Shown piece by piece: positions 35,367 to 44,899 of a stretch of 64,000 nucleotides of DNA. This DNA is from an uncultured Candidatus Saccharibacteria bacterium (GTDB lineage: Bacteria; Patescibacteriota; Minisyncoccia; Phycocordibacterales; CSBR16-119): contig CAZZCB010000002.1 of NCBI GenBank assembly GCA_964652835.1, forward strand, positions 584 through 64,583. The letters run 5' to 3'. Position 1 is the first letter of the stretch. The number at the start of each line of letters is the position of its first letter. Below the pieces are notes generated by a model that was not told where the DNA came from, did no database searches, and saw only the letters and a list, made by a program, of their open reading frames with translations. The position numbers were made by a program, and so were the translations under genes.

Positions 35367-36629
35367 ATGTTAGATATCAAATTTATTCGCGAAAATAAAG
35401 ATATAGTAGATCTTGCTATAACTAAAAAGAAGGTAAAGCTTAATTTAGATGAGCTTATAAAGGCGGACGACGAGCGTCTTGTGGTTTTGGCAGAAGTTGA
35501 ACGTCTTCGGGCGAAGCAAAACTTGGTGAGCGAGCGTATGCCTCAGCTTAAGGATGAATCAGAAAAAGCCGAGCTTATTCGTCAAATGCAAATCTTAAAA
35601 GAGGATTTGAAAAAAGAAGAAGATAAATTAAAAGAGATTATGGATGTTTGGCGAGGGCTGATGCTACGGGTGCCAAACGTTCCCGATATTTCTGTTCCAG
35701 ACGGAGACAGCGATGCAGATAACAAAGAAGTAAAAGTTTGGGGAGAAAAACCAGAGTTCGATTTTAAACCAAAAGACCACGTTGAAATAATGACAAAGCT
35801 TGATATGGTGGATTTTGAACGTGGAACGAAAGTTCACGGATTTCGAGGTTACTTTTTGAAAAACGATGGAGCGATACTTTCAATGGCTATTTGGCGATAT
35901 GCGATGGACTTTTTCGGAAAGCGTGGATTTACTCCGATGATAGCGCCAGCTATCGCAAGAAAAGAGCATTTCTTTGGAACAGGACACTTGCCGGGTGACG
36001 CAGAAGATTTATTTGAAACTCAAGACGACGACTATTTATCTGGAACAGCTGAAGTGCCGGTTATGGGTTATTACTCAAACGAAGTTTTGACAAAAGCTGA
36101 TCTACCTAAAAAGTTTTTAGCATTTTCTCCTTGTTACCGAAGAGAAGCTGGAAGTCACGGAAAAGACACGAAAGGACTTATTCGTGTTCACGAGTTCTAT
36201 AAAGTAGAACAAGTTATTTTGTGCGAAGCGAGTCATGAAGAATCTGTAAAACTTCACGAATGGTTAAATAGAAATACAGAAGAATTTATCGAAAGTTTGA
36301 AAATCCCATATCATACAGTTATGAACTGTGGAGGAGATCTTGGTCTTGGTCAGGTTAAAAAATATGACATCGAACTTTGGGTTCCAGGTGAACAAAAATA
36401 CAGAGAAATTTCTTCTGCTTCATATTTCCACGATTTCCAAACACGAAGATTTAATATCAGATATAAAGACGAAGAAGGAAAGATCAGATTTGCGCACTCG
36501 CTGAACTGTACAGCTATACCAACTCCAAGAATCCTTGTTTCTTTGGTTGAAAATTTCCAGCTAGCTGACGGATCGATAAAAATCCCAGAAGTGCTTGTCC
36601 CATATTTAGGAAAAGATAAAATCTCTTAG
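35367..36629 (+). CDS. serS: Seryl-tRNA synthetase.
   Basis: N-terminal coiled coil. Class II motifs 'FRGYFLKNDGAILSMAIWRY', 'GTAEVPVMGYY' and 'FSPCYRREAGSHGKDTKGLIRVHEFYKVE'. Confidence 0.95.
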   Translation: MLDIKFIRENKDIVDLAITKKKVKLNLDELIKADDERLVVLAEVERLRAKQNLVSERMPQLKDESEKAELIRQMQILKEDLKKEEDKLKEIMDVWRGLMLRVPNVPDISVPDGDSDADNKEVKVWGEKPEFDFKPKDHVEIMTKLDMVDFERGTKVHGFRGYFLKNDGAILSMAIWRYAMDFFGKRGFTPMIAPAIARKEHFFGTGHLPGDAEDLFETQDDDYLSGTAEVPVMGYYSNEVLTKADLPKKFLAFSPCYRREAGSHGKDTKGLIRVHEFYKVEQVILCEASHEESVKLHEWLNRNTEEFIESLKIPYHTVMNCGGDLGLGQVKKYDIELWVPGEQKYREISSASYFHDFQTRRFNIRYKDEEGKIRFAHSLNCTAIPTPRILVSLVENFQLADGSIKIPEVLVPYLGKDKIS

Positions 36630-36634
36630 CGCTT

Positions 36635-37498
36635 ATGATGCGAGAGCGAATTACAAGTACGTCAAACGTAACAAAAGAACGTCGCAAGAAAACTTTTGTA
36701 AAAACCCTATGGATACTTTTGGCGTTTGTAGTTTTCTTGATCGGTCTTGCTTTTTTGTCGCATTTGGATGAACTTCTGATAAAAGATGTTTCTGTAACCG
36801 GAAATGAAATTTTAGAGCAGGAAGATATTAAAAAAGAAACGTTTAAAATTCTTTCGAAGAAAAGATTGCTTGTCTTCGCGGGTGAAAACAAACTTATTTA
36901 TTCAAAGAAAAATCTGGAAGAATCTTTAAAGAAAGCTTTTCCTCGGATTTTGAGTATAGAGACATCTCTTGAAGGTAAGACAATATTTTTTACAGTAGTG
37001 GAAAGAGAAAGGGCTCATCTTTGGTGTGGGGAAGAGCCTCCAACATATGACGATAGATCTCTTGAAAGAGAGTGTTACTTTTTAGACAACAGTGGATTTA
37101 TTTTCGATAAGTCTCCACAGTTTTCTTCTGGAGTGTATTTTACTTTTTATTCAAATATCGGAAGTGAAAATCCTATCGGTCAGCATATTTTAAATTTTGA
37201 TTTCTTAAAAGATGTAGAGTCTTTGATCACCGGTGTAAACGACCAAGGTTTTCCTGTGCACTCTTTGGTCGCCAAAGCAGATGGTCAATATGAACTTCTT
37301 TTTAATATGGCAACAGTTTCGAGGGACTATCCTAAGCTTCTTTTTACGTCTGATCAGACTATCGGCGAGGTTTACAACAAGTTCATGTCTATCGTAGAAG
37401 AAGATCCTTTCCGAACAGACTTTATTGAAAAACCAAACAGACTAGAGTATATTGATGCCAGATTCAAAAATAGAATCTTTTACAGGTTTACAGAGTAA
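36635..37498 (+). CDS. Cell-division protein FtsQ/DivIB-like (TM plus POTRA).
   Basis: N-terminal basic segment, a single TM (LWILLAFVVFLIGLAFL), 'IKDVSVTGNEILEQEDI' is POTRA-like. It sits beside other housekeeping genes. Confidence 0.5.
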   Translation: MMRERITSTSNVTKERRKKTFVKTLWILLAFVVFLIGLAFLSHLDELLIKDVSVTGNEILEQEDIKKETFKILSKKRLLVFAGENKLIYSKKNLEESLKKAFPRILSIETSLEGKTIFFTVVERERAHLWCGEEPPTYDDRSLERECYFLDNSGFIFDKSPQFSSGVYFTFYSNIGSENPIGQHILNFDFLKDVESLITGVNDQGFPVHSLVAKADGQYELLFNMATVSRDYPKLLFTSDQTIGEVYNKFMSIVEEDPFRTDFIEKPNRLEYIDARFKNRIFYRFTE

Positions 37499-37499
37499 A

Positions 37500-38567
37500 A
37501 TGTTTTTTAATTTATTTAAGAAAAAGAAAATACAATACGACAAAAACCTAAATGAAAGTATTCATTTGGGTTTTTGGGAAGATTTGGCTAAAAACAAAAA
37601 GCCTTTTTTTGTATTGGCTCCAATGGCTGACGTTACTGATATCGCTTTTAGAAAAGTTATTGCTAAATATTCACGTCACGGGCAGGTAGGCGGTGGCCCT
37701 GATGTTTTTTGGACTGAGTTCGTTTCTGCAGACGGACTGAATTCTCCTGGAAAAGACAAGCTTATGATAGATCTTGCTTTTGGGCCAAACCAAAAACCTA
37801 TCGTCGCGCAGATTTTCGGATCAAAAGAAGAAAATATGGAAGCTACTGCAAGGCTTTGCGTAGAGCTCGGTTTTGATGGGATAGATATAAATTTTGGTTG
37901 CCCAGACAAAGCGATAATGAAGCAAGGCTGTGGCGCTGGCGCAATACAAAATCCCGAGCATTCAATAAAAATAATACAGGCGGTCAAACGTGGCGCTGGG
38001 AATTTGCCCGTGTCTGTAAAAACAAGACTTGGTTTTAATAAAAATGAAATAGATACATGGATTCCCAAAATTCTATCTGCCGGTGTTTCAGCTCTGATAA
38101 TTCACGGACGAACAAAAAAAGATATGTCAAAAGTTCCAGCGAGATGGGATGATATCAAAAAGGTTGTAGATCTGGTTCGGGCGTCCGGGCTTAAAACTTT
38201 AGTTATTGGAAACGGAGACGTTTTAAATTTAGAAGACGGCGCGCAAAAAGCCGAGCAGTCAGGTGTGGATGGAGTTATGCTTGGGCGTGCAATTTTTGGG
38301 AATCCGTGGCTTTTCGATTCTTTGAAAAAAGAAGTTCCTGTAAGAGAGAAATTAGAAGTGATGCTCGAGCACACTAAAACTTTTGCAGAGTATTTGGGCG
38401 CACATAAAAATTTCAACATAATGAAAAAGCACTACAAGGCTTATGTGAACAATTTTCACGGAGCAAAAGAGCTTCGGATAAAGCTTATGGAATCTGAAAG
38501 TGTTGATGAGATAGAAAAATACACAAAAGATTTCCTTGACGAGCACGGTGATGTGTCCTATTTTTAA
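37500..38567 (+). CDS. dus: tRNA-dihydrouridine synthase (Dus family).
   Basis: 'FVLAPMADVTDIAFRKV', 'GFDGIDINFGCPDKAIMKQGCGAGAIQNP', 'VSVKTRLGF', and a C-terminal helical domain. The ATG at 37500 overlaps the upstream stop (TAAAATG). Confidence 0.85.
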   Translation: MFFNLFKKKKIQYDKNLNESIHLGFWEDLAKNKKPFFVLAPMADVTDIAFRKVIAKYSRHGQVGGGPDVFWTEFVSADGLNSPGKDKLMIDLAFGPNQKPIVAQIFGSKEENMEATARLCVELGFDGIDINFGCPDKAIMKQGCGAGAIQNPEHSIKIIQAVKRGAGNLPVSVKTRLGFNKNEIDTWIPKILSAGVSALIIHGRTKKDMSKVPARWDDIKKVVDLVRASGLKTLVIGNGDVLNLEDGAQKAEQSGVDGVMLGRAIFGNPWLFDSLKKEVPVREKLEVMLEHTKTFAEYLGAHKNFNIMKKHYKAYVNNFHGAKELRIKLMESESVDEIEKYTKDFLDEHGDVSYF

Positions 38568-38644
38568 TTTTCCTTTTAAAATTGTGTTAGTATAAATTTA
38601 TGTGGTCTTCGGATTGCATAATTATCAGTTTAATCAAAATAATT

Positions 38645-38761
38645 ATGGACAATACTAACGACAACACAATGCCAGAAGGAGAAATGCCAGAAGTAACTCC
38701 AGCAGAAGCACCAGCTACTGATGCTCCAGCTACACCAGCTGAAGAAACTCCAGCAATGTAA
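38645..38761 (+). CDS. Small acidic Pro/Ala/Thr/Glu-rich protein (38 aa), not in the ORF track.
   Basis: ATG...TAA translates to MDNTNDNTMPEGEMPEVTPAEAPATDAPATPAEETPAM. It is immediately followed by a strong terminator. Confidence 0.35.
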   Translation: MDNTNDNTMPEGEMPEVTPAEAPATDAPATPAEETPAM

Positions 38762-38774
38762 TTATTGCTGAAAA

Positions 38775-38815
38775 AAGAAAAAGGCCGGAGCCACAGGCTT
38801 CGGCCTTTTTCTTTT
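38775..38815 (+). terminator. Rho-independent terminator (AAAAAGGCCGGAGCC-aca-GGCTTCGGCCTTTTTCTTTT).
   Basis: Long GC stem plus T-run. Confidence 0.75.
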
Positions 38816-38864
38816 GATTGACTTTCCTTGCATAAATCTGTACATTCTGGGTTATAATTTAATT

Positions 38865-39293
38865 ATGTTAGAAAGTAACAAAAAGATTATAGGACGCCTA
38901 GAATATATAGACCTGCCAGACTTCGGTCTTTCATCTATTGTGGCAAAAATAGACACTGGTGCCTATAACGGCGCTATTCACACGACTCATGTTGTGGAGA
39001 AAGAGGTTGATGGCAAGAATGTCATAGAGTTTAGTCTTTTAGACCCTGACCACCCAGAATTCAAAGAAGACACTTATCAGGTAGATGACTTTCAAAAAAG
39101 ACTAGTTAAAAATTCAAACGGCGACTCAGAACTAAGATATGTTGTGCCAACTAAAATAATTTTAGCTGGAGAAGAGATAAAAGTTAAACTTAGTTTAAGT
39201 AATAGAAAAACACTAAAACATCCAGTTTTAATTGGAAGAAAAATTATTAGAAAACATTTTATTGTTGACGTAAACAAAAAATTCACTAAATAA
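38865..39293 (+). CDS. RimK-associated retropepsin-like aspartic protease (ATP-dependent zinc protease / DUF785 family).
   Basis: 'GRLEYIDLPDFGLSSIVAKIDTGAYNGAIH' contains the D-T-G-A aspartic-protease signature. The gene directly precedes rimK. Start taken at the internal ATG 38865, after the terminator. Confidence 0.65.
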   Translation: MLESNKKIIGRLEYIDLPDFGLSSIVAKIDTGAYNGAIHTTHVVEKEVDGKNVIEFSLLDPDHPEFKEDTYQVDDFQKRLVKNSNGDSELRYVVPTKIILAGEEIKVKLSLSNRKTLKHPVLIGRKIIRKHFIVDVNKKFTK

Positions 39294-39297
39294 AAAT

Positions 39298-40248
39298 ATG
39301 CGTATAGTTATTCTTTCAAGAAAACCAGATCTTTATTCGACAAAAAGACTTCTCGAGGCGGGTGTTAAATTAGGACACGAAGTTTCTATTATCGACCACA
39401 CAAAATGTAATCTTATAATGGAGAAAGCAAAGCCGGCTATTCGCGTGGGAAATGAATATATCAAAGACGTTGATATTATTATCCCAAGAATCGGTGCTTC
39501 TGTTACTGTTTACGGCGCAGCTGTTATTAGACAGTTTGACCTGATGGGTGTTCCATCGACACTGACTTCAACAGCGCTTATTCGTTCTCGCGACAAGCTT
39601 CGATCTCTTCAAATACTTTCAAAGTCAGGAGTAGGAATTCCCAAATCTGTTTTTGCTCGTCACCCAAAAGCTGACGACGTGAAAACAATGATAGCCGAAG
39701 CGGGTGGAACTCCAGTTATTTTAAAACTCCTAGAAGGAACTCACGGAACAGGTGTTATCAAAGCCGACTCCGTTTCTTCTGCAAAATCTGCGGTTGAAGC
39801 TTTTTCAGGAATTAAAAAAGATATTATTGTTCAAGAATTCATTGAAGAAGCAAAAGGAAAAGATATAAGAGCTTTTGTTGTTGACGGGGAAGTTGTGGGT
39901 GCGATGGAACGAAGCGGACAAGGTGACGAATTCCGTTCAAACCTTCACAAAGGAGGAATCGCTCGTCCAATAGATCTGACAATAAAAGAAAAAGCTGTTG
40001 CTGTGGAGGCTGCGAATTTACACGGACTTACAGTTGCCGGCGTGGACATGCTTATTTCTGCTCGTGGTCCGCTTATTATCGAGGTTAACTCGTCTCCTGG
40101 ACTTCAGGGTATCGAACGCGCAACAGGCGTTGATATTGCCGGGAAAATAATAGAAGCCTCTGTAAAGAAAATAAATAAAAAAATAAAAGACAAAGAAAAA
40201 TCAAAAGGTAAAAAGAAGAAGAAAAAGAAAGTAGATAATAATGAATAA
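39298..40248 (+). CDS. rimK: Ribosomal protein S6--L-glutamate ligase RimK (ATP-grasp).
   Basis: 'MRIVILSRKPDLYSTKRLLEAG', ATP-grasp motifs 'VILKLLEGTHGTGV' and 'AGVDMLISARGPLIIEVNSSPG'. Lys-rich tail. Confidence 0.85.
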   Translation: MRIVILSRKPDLYSTKRLLEAGVKLGHEVSIIDHTKCNLIMEKAKPAIRVGNEYIKDVDIIIPRIGASVTVYGAAVIRQFDLMGVPSTLTSTALIRSRDKLRSLQILSKSGVGIPKSVFARHPKADDVKTMIAEAGGTPVILKLLEGTHGTGVIKADSVSSAKSAVEAFSGIKKDIIVQEFIEEAKGKDIRAFVVDGEVVGAMERSGQGDEFRSNLHKGGIARPIDLTIKEKAVAVEAANLHGLTVAGVDMLISARGPLIIEVNSSPGLQGIERATGVDIAGKIIEASVKKINKKIKDKEKSKGKKKKKKKVDNNE

Positions 40249-40274
40249 AAAAAGAGCCTGCTTTCGCAGGCTCT
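40243..40274 (-). terminator. Rho-independent terminator on the minus strand, bidirectional (AGAGCCTGC-gaaa-GCAGGCTCT followed by TTTTTTTATT).
   Basis: Palindromic GC stem between the convergent rimK and the 40288..40818 gene. Confidence 0.6.
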
Positions 40275-40287
40275 TTACTTGTCAGTT

Positions 40288-40818
40288 CTAGTGTGACGTA
40301 TGAAGTCTTTTGATTACGAAGAACTTCTCCATGACGCAAACAGTCACAGTCCGCCCCCTCCTGGTTTTTAGCGCTTGGTGGTCGGAGGTAGGTATTACTC
40401 TCACTCTCTCGCCCCCATAAGTCCTTATAATAGAAGGCTTCAAATCATCACTCTTCTTTTGCATACCCCTAAATGCAATTCGTATTGATCTTTTTAGAGT
40501 GGAAGATATACCGACGCCACCAACTCGGCGGATCTTAAAGTCGGCGTATTCTTGATCAGACTCGTACAGACGAGCTTCATAGTGCAAGTAGAAACACGAA
40601 TCTGTCTCGCCCGTAATGGTTAACCGTAAATATTCTACGGAAACAGGGTAGTTGATCGCCAGAGAATCGCCAACCTCTTTTGCAAAGTTATTAGCGAATT
40701 CTTCAATCTGGTGAGTCTTAAGCGTGGACACCTCCATTTCTCTCACTACAACTATTTGGCTATTAGCTTTTGTGACAAAAGCCAAAGCAAGAACGAAAAA
40801 GAGCACCTTGGTTTTCAT
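40288..40818 (-). CDS. Hypothetical secreted protein (signal peptide; higher-GC ORFan).
   Basis: 176 aa. N-terminal 'MKTKVLFFVLALAFVTKANSQ' is a signal peptide. No recognised domain. Confidence 0.5.
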   Translation of the reverse strand: MKTKVLFFVLALAFVTKANSQIVVVREMEVSTLKTHQIEEFANNFAKEVGDSLAINYPVSVEYLRLTITGETDSCFYLHYEARLYESDQEYADFKIRRVGGVGISSTLKRSIRIAFRGMQKKSDDLKPSIIRTYGGERVRVIPTSDHQALKTRRGRTVTVCVMEKFFVIKRLHTSH

Positions 40819-40899
40819 CGTGTTGGGTTTTGAAATTTATCTCATATTGGAAGGCTTAAGTCAAACACTCATTTTTTAATTTTTTGGTATAATGTTTCC

Positions 40900-41928
40900 A
40901 TGTCAGAATTAGCATTATATAGAAAATACCGCCCGTCAGCTTTCGATGAAGTTTTAGGGCAAGATCATATTGTTAAAGTTTTAAAAGGGGCTTTAAAGCT
41001 CGGGAATATTTCTCACGCATATCTTTTTCATGGACCGCGTGGTACAGGAAAAACATCTATCGCTAGAATCGTAGCGAGCGAGCTCGGCACGAAAGACCAC
41101 GATATTTACGAAATCGACGCCGCTTCAAATAGAAAAATAGAAGATATTAGAGAAGTTCGGGATTCGGTCCGAACGATGCCTTTTGATTCAAAGTATAAAG
41201 TTTATATAATAGACGAAGTGCACATGCTTACAAAAGAGGCCTTCAATGCACTTCTTAAAACCTTAGAAGAACCGCCAGCTCACGTAATATTTATTTTAGC
41301 TACGACAGAGCTAGATAAAGTTCCTGACACTATCGTTTCTCGTTGTCAAACTTTTACTTTTCACAAACCAACCATTTCTATCTTAAAAGATTTAGTTATC
41401 TCTATTGCTAAAAAAGAAGGAGTGGCGATAGACAATGCTGGAGCTGAGCTAATCGCTCTGCTTGGTGACGGGTCTTTCCGAGACACGCAAAGTACTCTGC
41501 AAAAAGTAATGTCTTTTTCTAAAGATAAGAGCTTAAGTATAAAAGAAATAGAAGAAGTGACAGGTGCGCCGAGCAGTGAGTTGGTAAATGATTTCATCCT
41601 TTCTTTGGTGGAAGGAGATTTACAAAAAGGTTTTCAGGCTTTAAAAAACGCTGAAGAAAAAAATATCGACATAAACACTTATCTAAAACTTATTTTAATA
41701 AAATTAAGATTAGCACTTTTGATGCGCTATGCTCCAGAGATGAAAAAAATCTTAGAAGAAGAGATTATAGATTCTGATAAAGAATTCTTCAAAGAAATAC
41801 TAAAAGATAAAAAGGGAATAATTACTTCGAAAACATTAGAGACGTTGCTTGAAGCAGAAAAGCAAATAAAACACACTTTTGTTAAAAGTCTTCCCTTGGA
41901 AATGGCTTTAACTAAGATTATTTCTTAG
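40900..41928 (+). CDS. dnaX: DNA polymerase III subunit gamma/tau, short form.
   Basis: 'YRKYRPSAFDEVLGQDHIVKVL...HAYLFHGPRGTGKTSIARIVA', DExx box 'KVYIIDEVHMLT', SRC motif 'VSRCQTFTF'. Only domains I-III (342 aa). Confidence 0.8.
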   Translation: MSELALYRKYRPSAFDEVLGQDHIVKVLKGALKLGNISHAYLFHGPRGTGKTSIARIVASELGTKDHDIYEIDAASNRKIEDIREVRDSVRTMPFDSKYKVYIIDEVHMLTKEAFNALLKTLEEPPAHVIFILATTELDKVPDTIVSRCQTFTFHKPTISILKDLVISIAKKEGVAIDNAGAELIALLGDGSFRDTQSTLQKVMSFSKDKSLSIKEIEEVTGAPSSELVNDFILSLVEGDLQKGFQALKNAEEKNIDINTYLKLILIKLRLALLMRYAPEMKKILEEEIIDSDKEFFKEILKDKKGIITSKTLETLLEAEKQIKHTFVKSLPLEMALTKIIS

Positions 41929-42027
41929 TTTTCCACAAAATAAAGCTTTTATTACCCGGCTAATTTGTTATGGTTAGACTATAGGTATTTCAAATATTGA
42001 TTTTACTATTAAGAATAAAATATAAAA

Positions 42028-44223
42028 ATGTTTAAAAAAATAATATATATCCTAACTATCATCGCGCTCTTTGTATTTCAACCGAATACCATGAGCGCTT
42101 CGGTTGAAAATATCACCATCCTTAGTAAAAGCAATGACGGTGTTTTGGGAAACTCTCATTCATCCGACGGTATGTTGTCTAAGGATGGAAATTTTGTTGT
42201 ATTTATTTCGCAGGCTTCAAACTTGGTTGCCGGGGACACAAATGATTTAGCGGATGTGTTTGTATATGAAATAGAGACTGATACAGTTGAAAGAGTAAGT
42301 ATTAGTACTCTTGGTGTTGAATCAAATGGCGAATCTTTTGATGCAGACATGTCTGGAGATGGAAGATATGTTGTTTTTGTTTCTGGTGCTACAAATCTTG
42401 TACCCGGAGATACAAATGGTGATGATGATATTTTTATTTACGATAGAGATACTAACTCTATTGAGATCGTAAGTATTGGATTGGGTGACGAAAAAACATC
42501 CTCAGTATCCTCATCCTCAGATGGTGCATCAGCGATGCCATCAATATCTTTAAATGGAAGGTATGTTGTATTTGAATCTGTTGCCACTAACCTAATTGAA
42601 GGTGACACCAACGGTGAAAGTGATATTTTCATTAGAGATCTTCTGTTAGATACTACTGAAAGAGTTAGTATTACTAATGAAGGAAATGAGGCTGTTGGCT
42701 ATTCTGTCGCCCCAGCAATGTCAAGCGATGGAAGATATGTTTCTTTTTTATCAGAGGATAATACTCTCGTCTCCGGAGACACAAACGCTCTTTCAGATTA
42801 CTTTGTAAGAGATCTGTTGCTCAATACTACTGAAAGGGTAAATGTTAGTTCAGAAGAAGTAGAGTCAAACGGTTTATTGTCTACGGTTACAAGACATGGT
42901 ATTTCAAATGATGGAAGATATGCTGTATTTTCTTCTTTGGCCACAAATCTTGTACCTGGAGATACAAACGGAGTTGATGATATTTTTGTTCGCGATATAG
43001 AGATTGGTACGACAGAGAGAATAACACTAAGACCAGATGGAACTGAGGCTAGCGACACTACCACAACTTTCCCCTCAGGAATTTCATCTGATGGTAGATA
43101 TGTTTCTTTTTATTCTGGTTCACCACAGTTTGTTGAAGGGGACACAACGTCTGGCGAGTATAATTATGACGTTTTTGTTAGAGATTTATTGCTCGATACA
43201 ACTAGAAGAATTAGCTTATCTCAAGATGGAGAAGAGGGGAATGCTGGTTCATATGCATCCGTGGTGTCACTAACCGACGGGGGAAGGTATGCGGTATTCA
43301 ACTCAGGGGCAACCAACTTTGTGGAAAACGATATAAATGCCGTAGATGACGTTTTTCTTGTTGAGATATCAGATGAAGATGGAATATCGTCTGTTATTGA
43401 AAATGCGGCACCAAATACAGGAGATATAGATGAGAACGGGTACATTGATTCAATTGAGCAGAATGTTTCTTCTTTTGTTAATTCCGTTTCTGGAAATTAT
43501 ACTTCAGTTGTTACAACAGGCGATTGCTTCTATAATTCAAATCTTAATTCAGAGGCAGAATCAGAACTTGCATCAGAAGACGCAGAATACGACTATCCTT
43601 TGGGAATTATTTCTTTCGAAGTTAATTGTCGAGAAGCAGGTGAGACAGCAACAGTTTCTGTTTATTGTTTCTGTAATCAAACACCACTAGAAGGCTTGGT
43701 TGCTAGAAAATACGACCCAGATACTGGTGAATACACGACAATAGAATCTGCCGTTATCGAAGAAGTAACTATTGACGGTCAAAGAGCTTTGAAGATGACA
43801 TATGATGTTGTCGACGGTGGATCTTTAGATGAAGATGGTCTTGAAAATGGTACTATTATCGACCCAGTTGGATTTGCCAAGCCGGCTGCCGTCGTGCCGG
43901 CGAGTAGTTCTGGAAGTTCAAGTTCTTCTGGATCAAGACCAAGAATAAATTTAATTGCTCAAGCTCCAGTACAAAACACATCAAATGATGTTTGTGTAAA
44001 ATCTTCATTCAAAACTTTAATGAAAAAAGGTTCTAAGTTTGGTGAAGTTTCAAGACTACAAGAAGTTTTAAATGCTTCGGGCTTTAACTCTGGCATCGTT
44101 GATGGACTTTTCGGACCGATGACAGACCTAGCTGTAAAAGCTTTCCAAACAGAAAACAGCCTAGATTCTGATGGTATCGTTGGGCCGATGACGAGAGGGG
44201 TTTTGAATTTGAAGTGTTTGTAA
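42028..44223 (+). CDS. Secreted 7-bladed beta-propeller (PD40/TolB-like repeat) surface protein with a canonical C-terminal PG_binding_1 domain.
   Basis: Signal anchor. Seven about-48-aa repeats 'S.ATNLV.GDTN...DIFVRD....TERVS'. 'SSSGSSSSSGSRPR', then 'FGEVSRLQEVLNASGFNSGIVDGLFGPMTDLAVKAFQTENSLDSDGIVGPMTRGVL'. Confidence 0.75.
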   Translation: MFKKIIYILTIIALFVFQPNTMSASVENITILSKSNDGVLGNSHSSDGMLSKDGNFVVFISQASNLVAGDTNDLADVFVYEIETDTVERVSISTLGVESNGESFDADMSGDGRYVVFVSGATNLVPGDTNGDDDIFIYDRDTNSIEIVSIGLGDEKTSSVSSSSDGASAMPSISLNGRYVVFESVATNLIEGDTNGESDIFIRDLLLDTTERVSITNEGNEAVGYSVAPAMSSDGRYVSFLSEDNTLVSGDTNALSDYFVRDLLLNTTERVNVSSEEVESNGLLSTVTRHGISNDGRYAVFSSLATNLVPGDTNGVDDIFVRDIEIGTTERITLRPDGTEASDTTTTFPSGISSDGRYVSFYSGSPQFVEGDTTSGEYNYDVFVRDLLLDTTRRISLSQDGEEGNAGSYASVVSLTDGGRYAVFNSGATNFVENDINAVDDVFLVEISDEDGISSVIENAAPNTGDIDENGYIDSIEQNVSSFVNSVSGNYTSVVTTGDCFYNSNLNSEAESELASEDAEYDYPLGIISFEVNCREAGETATVSVYCFCNQTPLEGLVARKYDPDTGEYTTIESAVIEEVTIDGQRALKMTYDVVDGGSLDEDGLENGTIIDPVGFAKPAAVVPASSSGSSSSSGSRPRINLIAQAPVQNTSNDVCVKSSFKTLMKKGSKFGEVSRLQEVLNASGFNSGIVDGLFGPMTDLAVKAFQTENSLDSDGIVGPMTRGVLNLKCL

Positions 44224-44245
44224 GAAAGTAAAAGTTAGATTATAA

Positions 44246-44286
44246 AAAGCTCGGGGCGCGCTTCGCGCGCCCCAAGCTTTTTTATT
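44246..44286 (+). terminator. Rho-independent terminator (AGCTCGGGGCGCGC-ttc-GCGCGCCCCAAGCT followed by TTTTTT).
   Basis: 14-bp GC stem plus T-run. Confidence 0.8.
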
Positions 44287-44341
44287 TAAAATATGATATA
44301 AAAAATAAGGAAGCACAAAAATCACCAAAACACATAAGGCC

Positions 44342-44659
44342 ATGGTACAATACAAAATCAAGATCGAGCCTTCAGTACTTGCCGATTCAAAAGGCAAGAA
44401 AGATCTGGTACTGGTGGCGGTGGGTAAACATCAGATTTCTCGTGAAGGGGAGTGTCTTAGCCTTCGCACCAATTACCATGTTACAGTCATCGATGACGAG
44501 GGTTTGCGGTGCCCAGGTCAAACTCTTCGTGTCGATGTGCCACGCGAAGGTGGATACACCATTATCTTGGGGCATCCAGACGGAGCCTCGAGGGAGGTTA
44601 CAGACGAGGAGCTTTCAGGGTTGACCTTTGAGTTCGTCTCAAGCGAGGTGACACTTTGA
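44342..44659 (+). CDS. Hypothetical protein (higher-GC ORFan).
   Basis: 105-aa ORF followed by the terminator GAGCGCCAGA-tttc-TGGCGCTC plus T6 at about 44678-44710. Confidence 0.35.
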   Translation: MVQYKIKIEPSVLADSKGKKDLVLVAVGKHQISREGECLSLRTNYHVTVIDDEGLRCPGQTLRVDVPREGGYTIILGHPDGASREVTDEELSGLTFEFVSSEVTL

Positions 44660-44828
44660 GCACCAGATTATTTTCGGAGCGCCAGATTTCTGGCGCTCTT
44701 TTTTCTTGATTTTTTTGAAGTTTTAAGGCACAATAATACCCGTTATTAGTTTATAGCTAATACTTACGATCTTGCCGGAATATTAGATTTTTCTAAGGCC
44801 TGCGAGATTTAAACAGAGCAATTAATTT

Positions 44829-44899
44829 TGCCGGATCGTCTAATGGTAGGACTCTGGTTTTTGGTACCAGCTATCTAGGTTCGAGTCCTAGTCCGGCAG
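44829..44899 (+). tRNA. tRNA-Gln (anticodon TTG).
   Basis: Acceptor TGCCGGA/TCCGGCA, U8, D-arm GTC-TAATGGTA-GAC, anticodon stem CTGGT/ACCAG with loop TTTTGGT, T-arm CTAGGTTCGAGTCCTAG. Confidence 0.8.
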
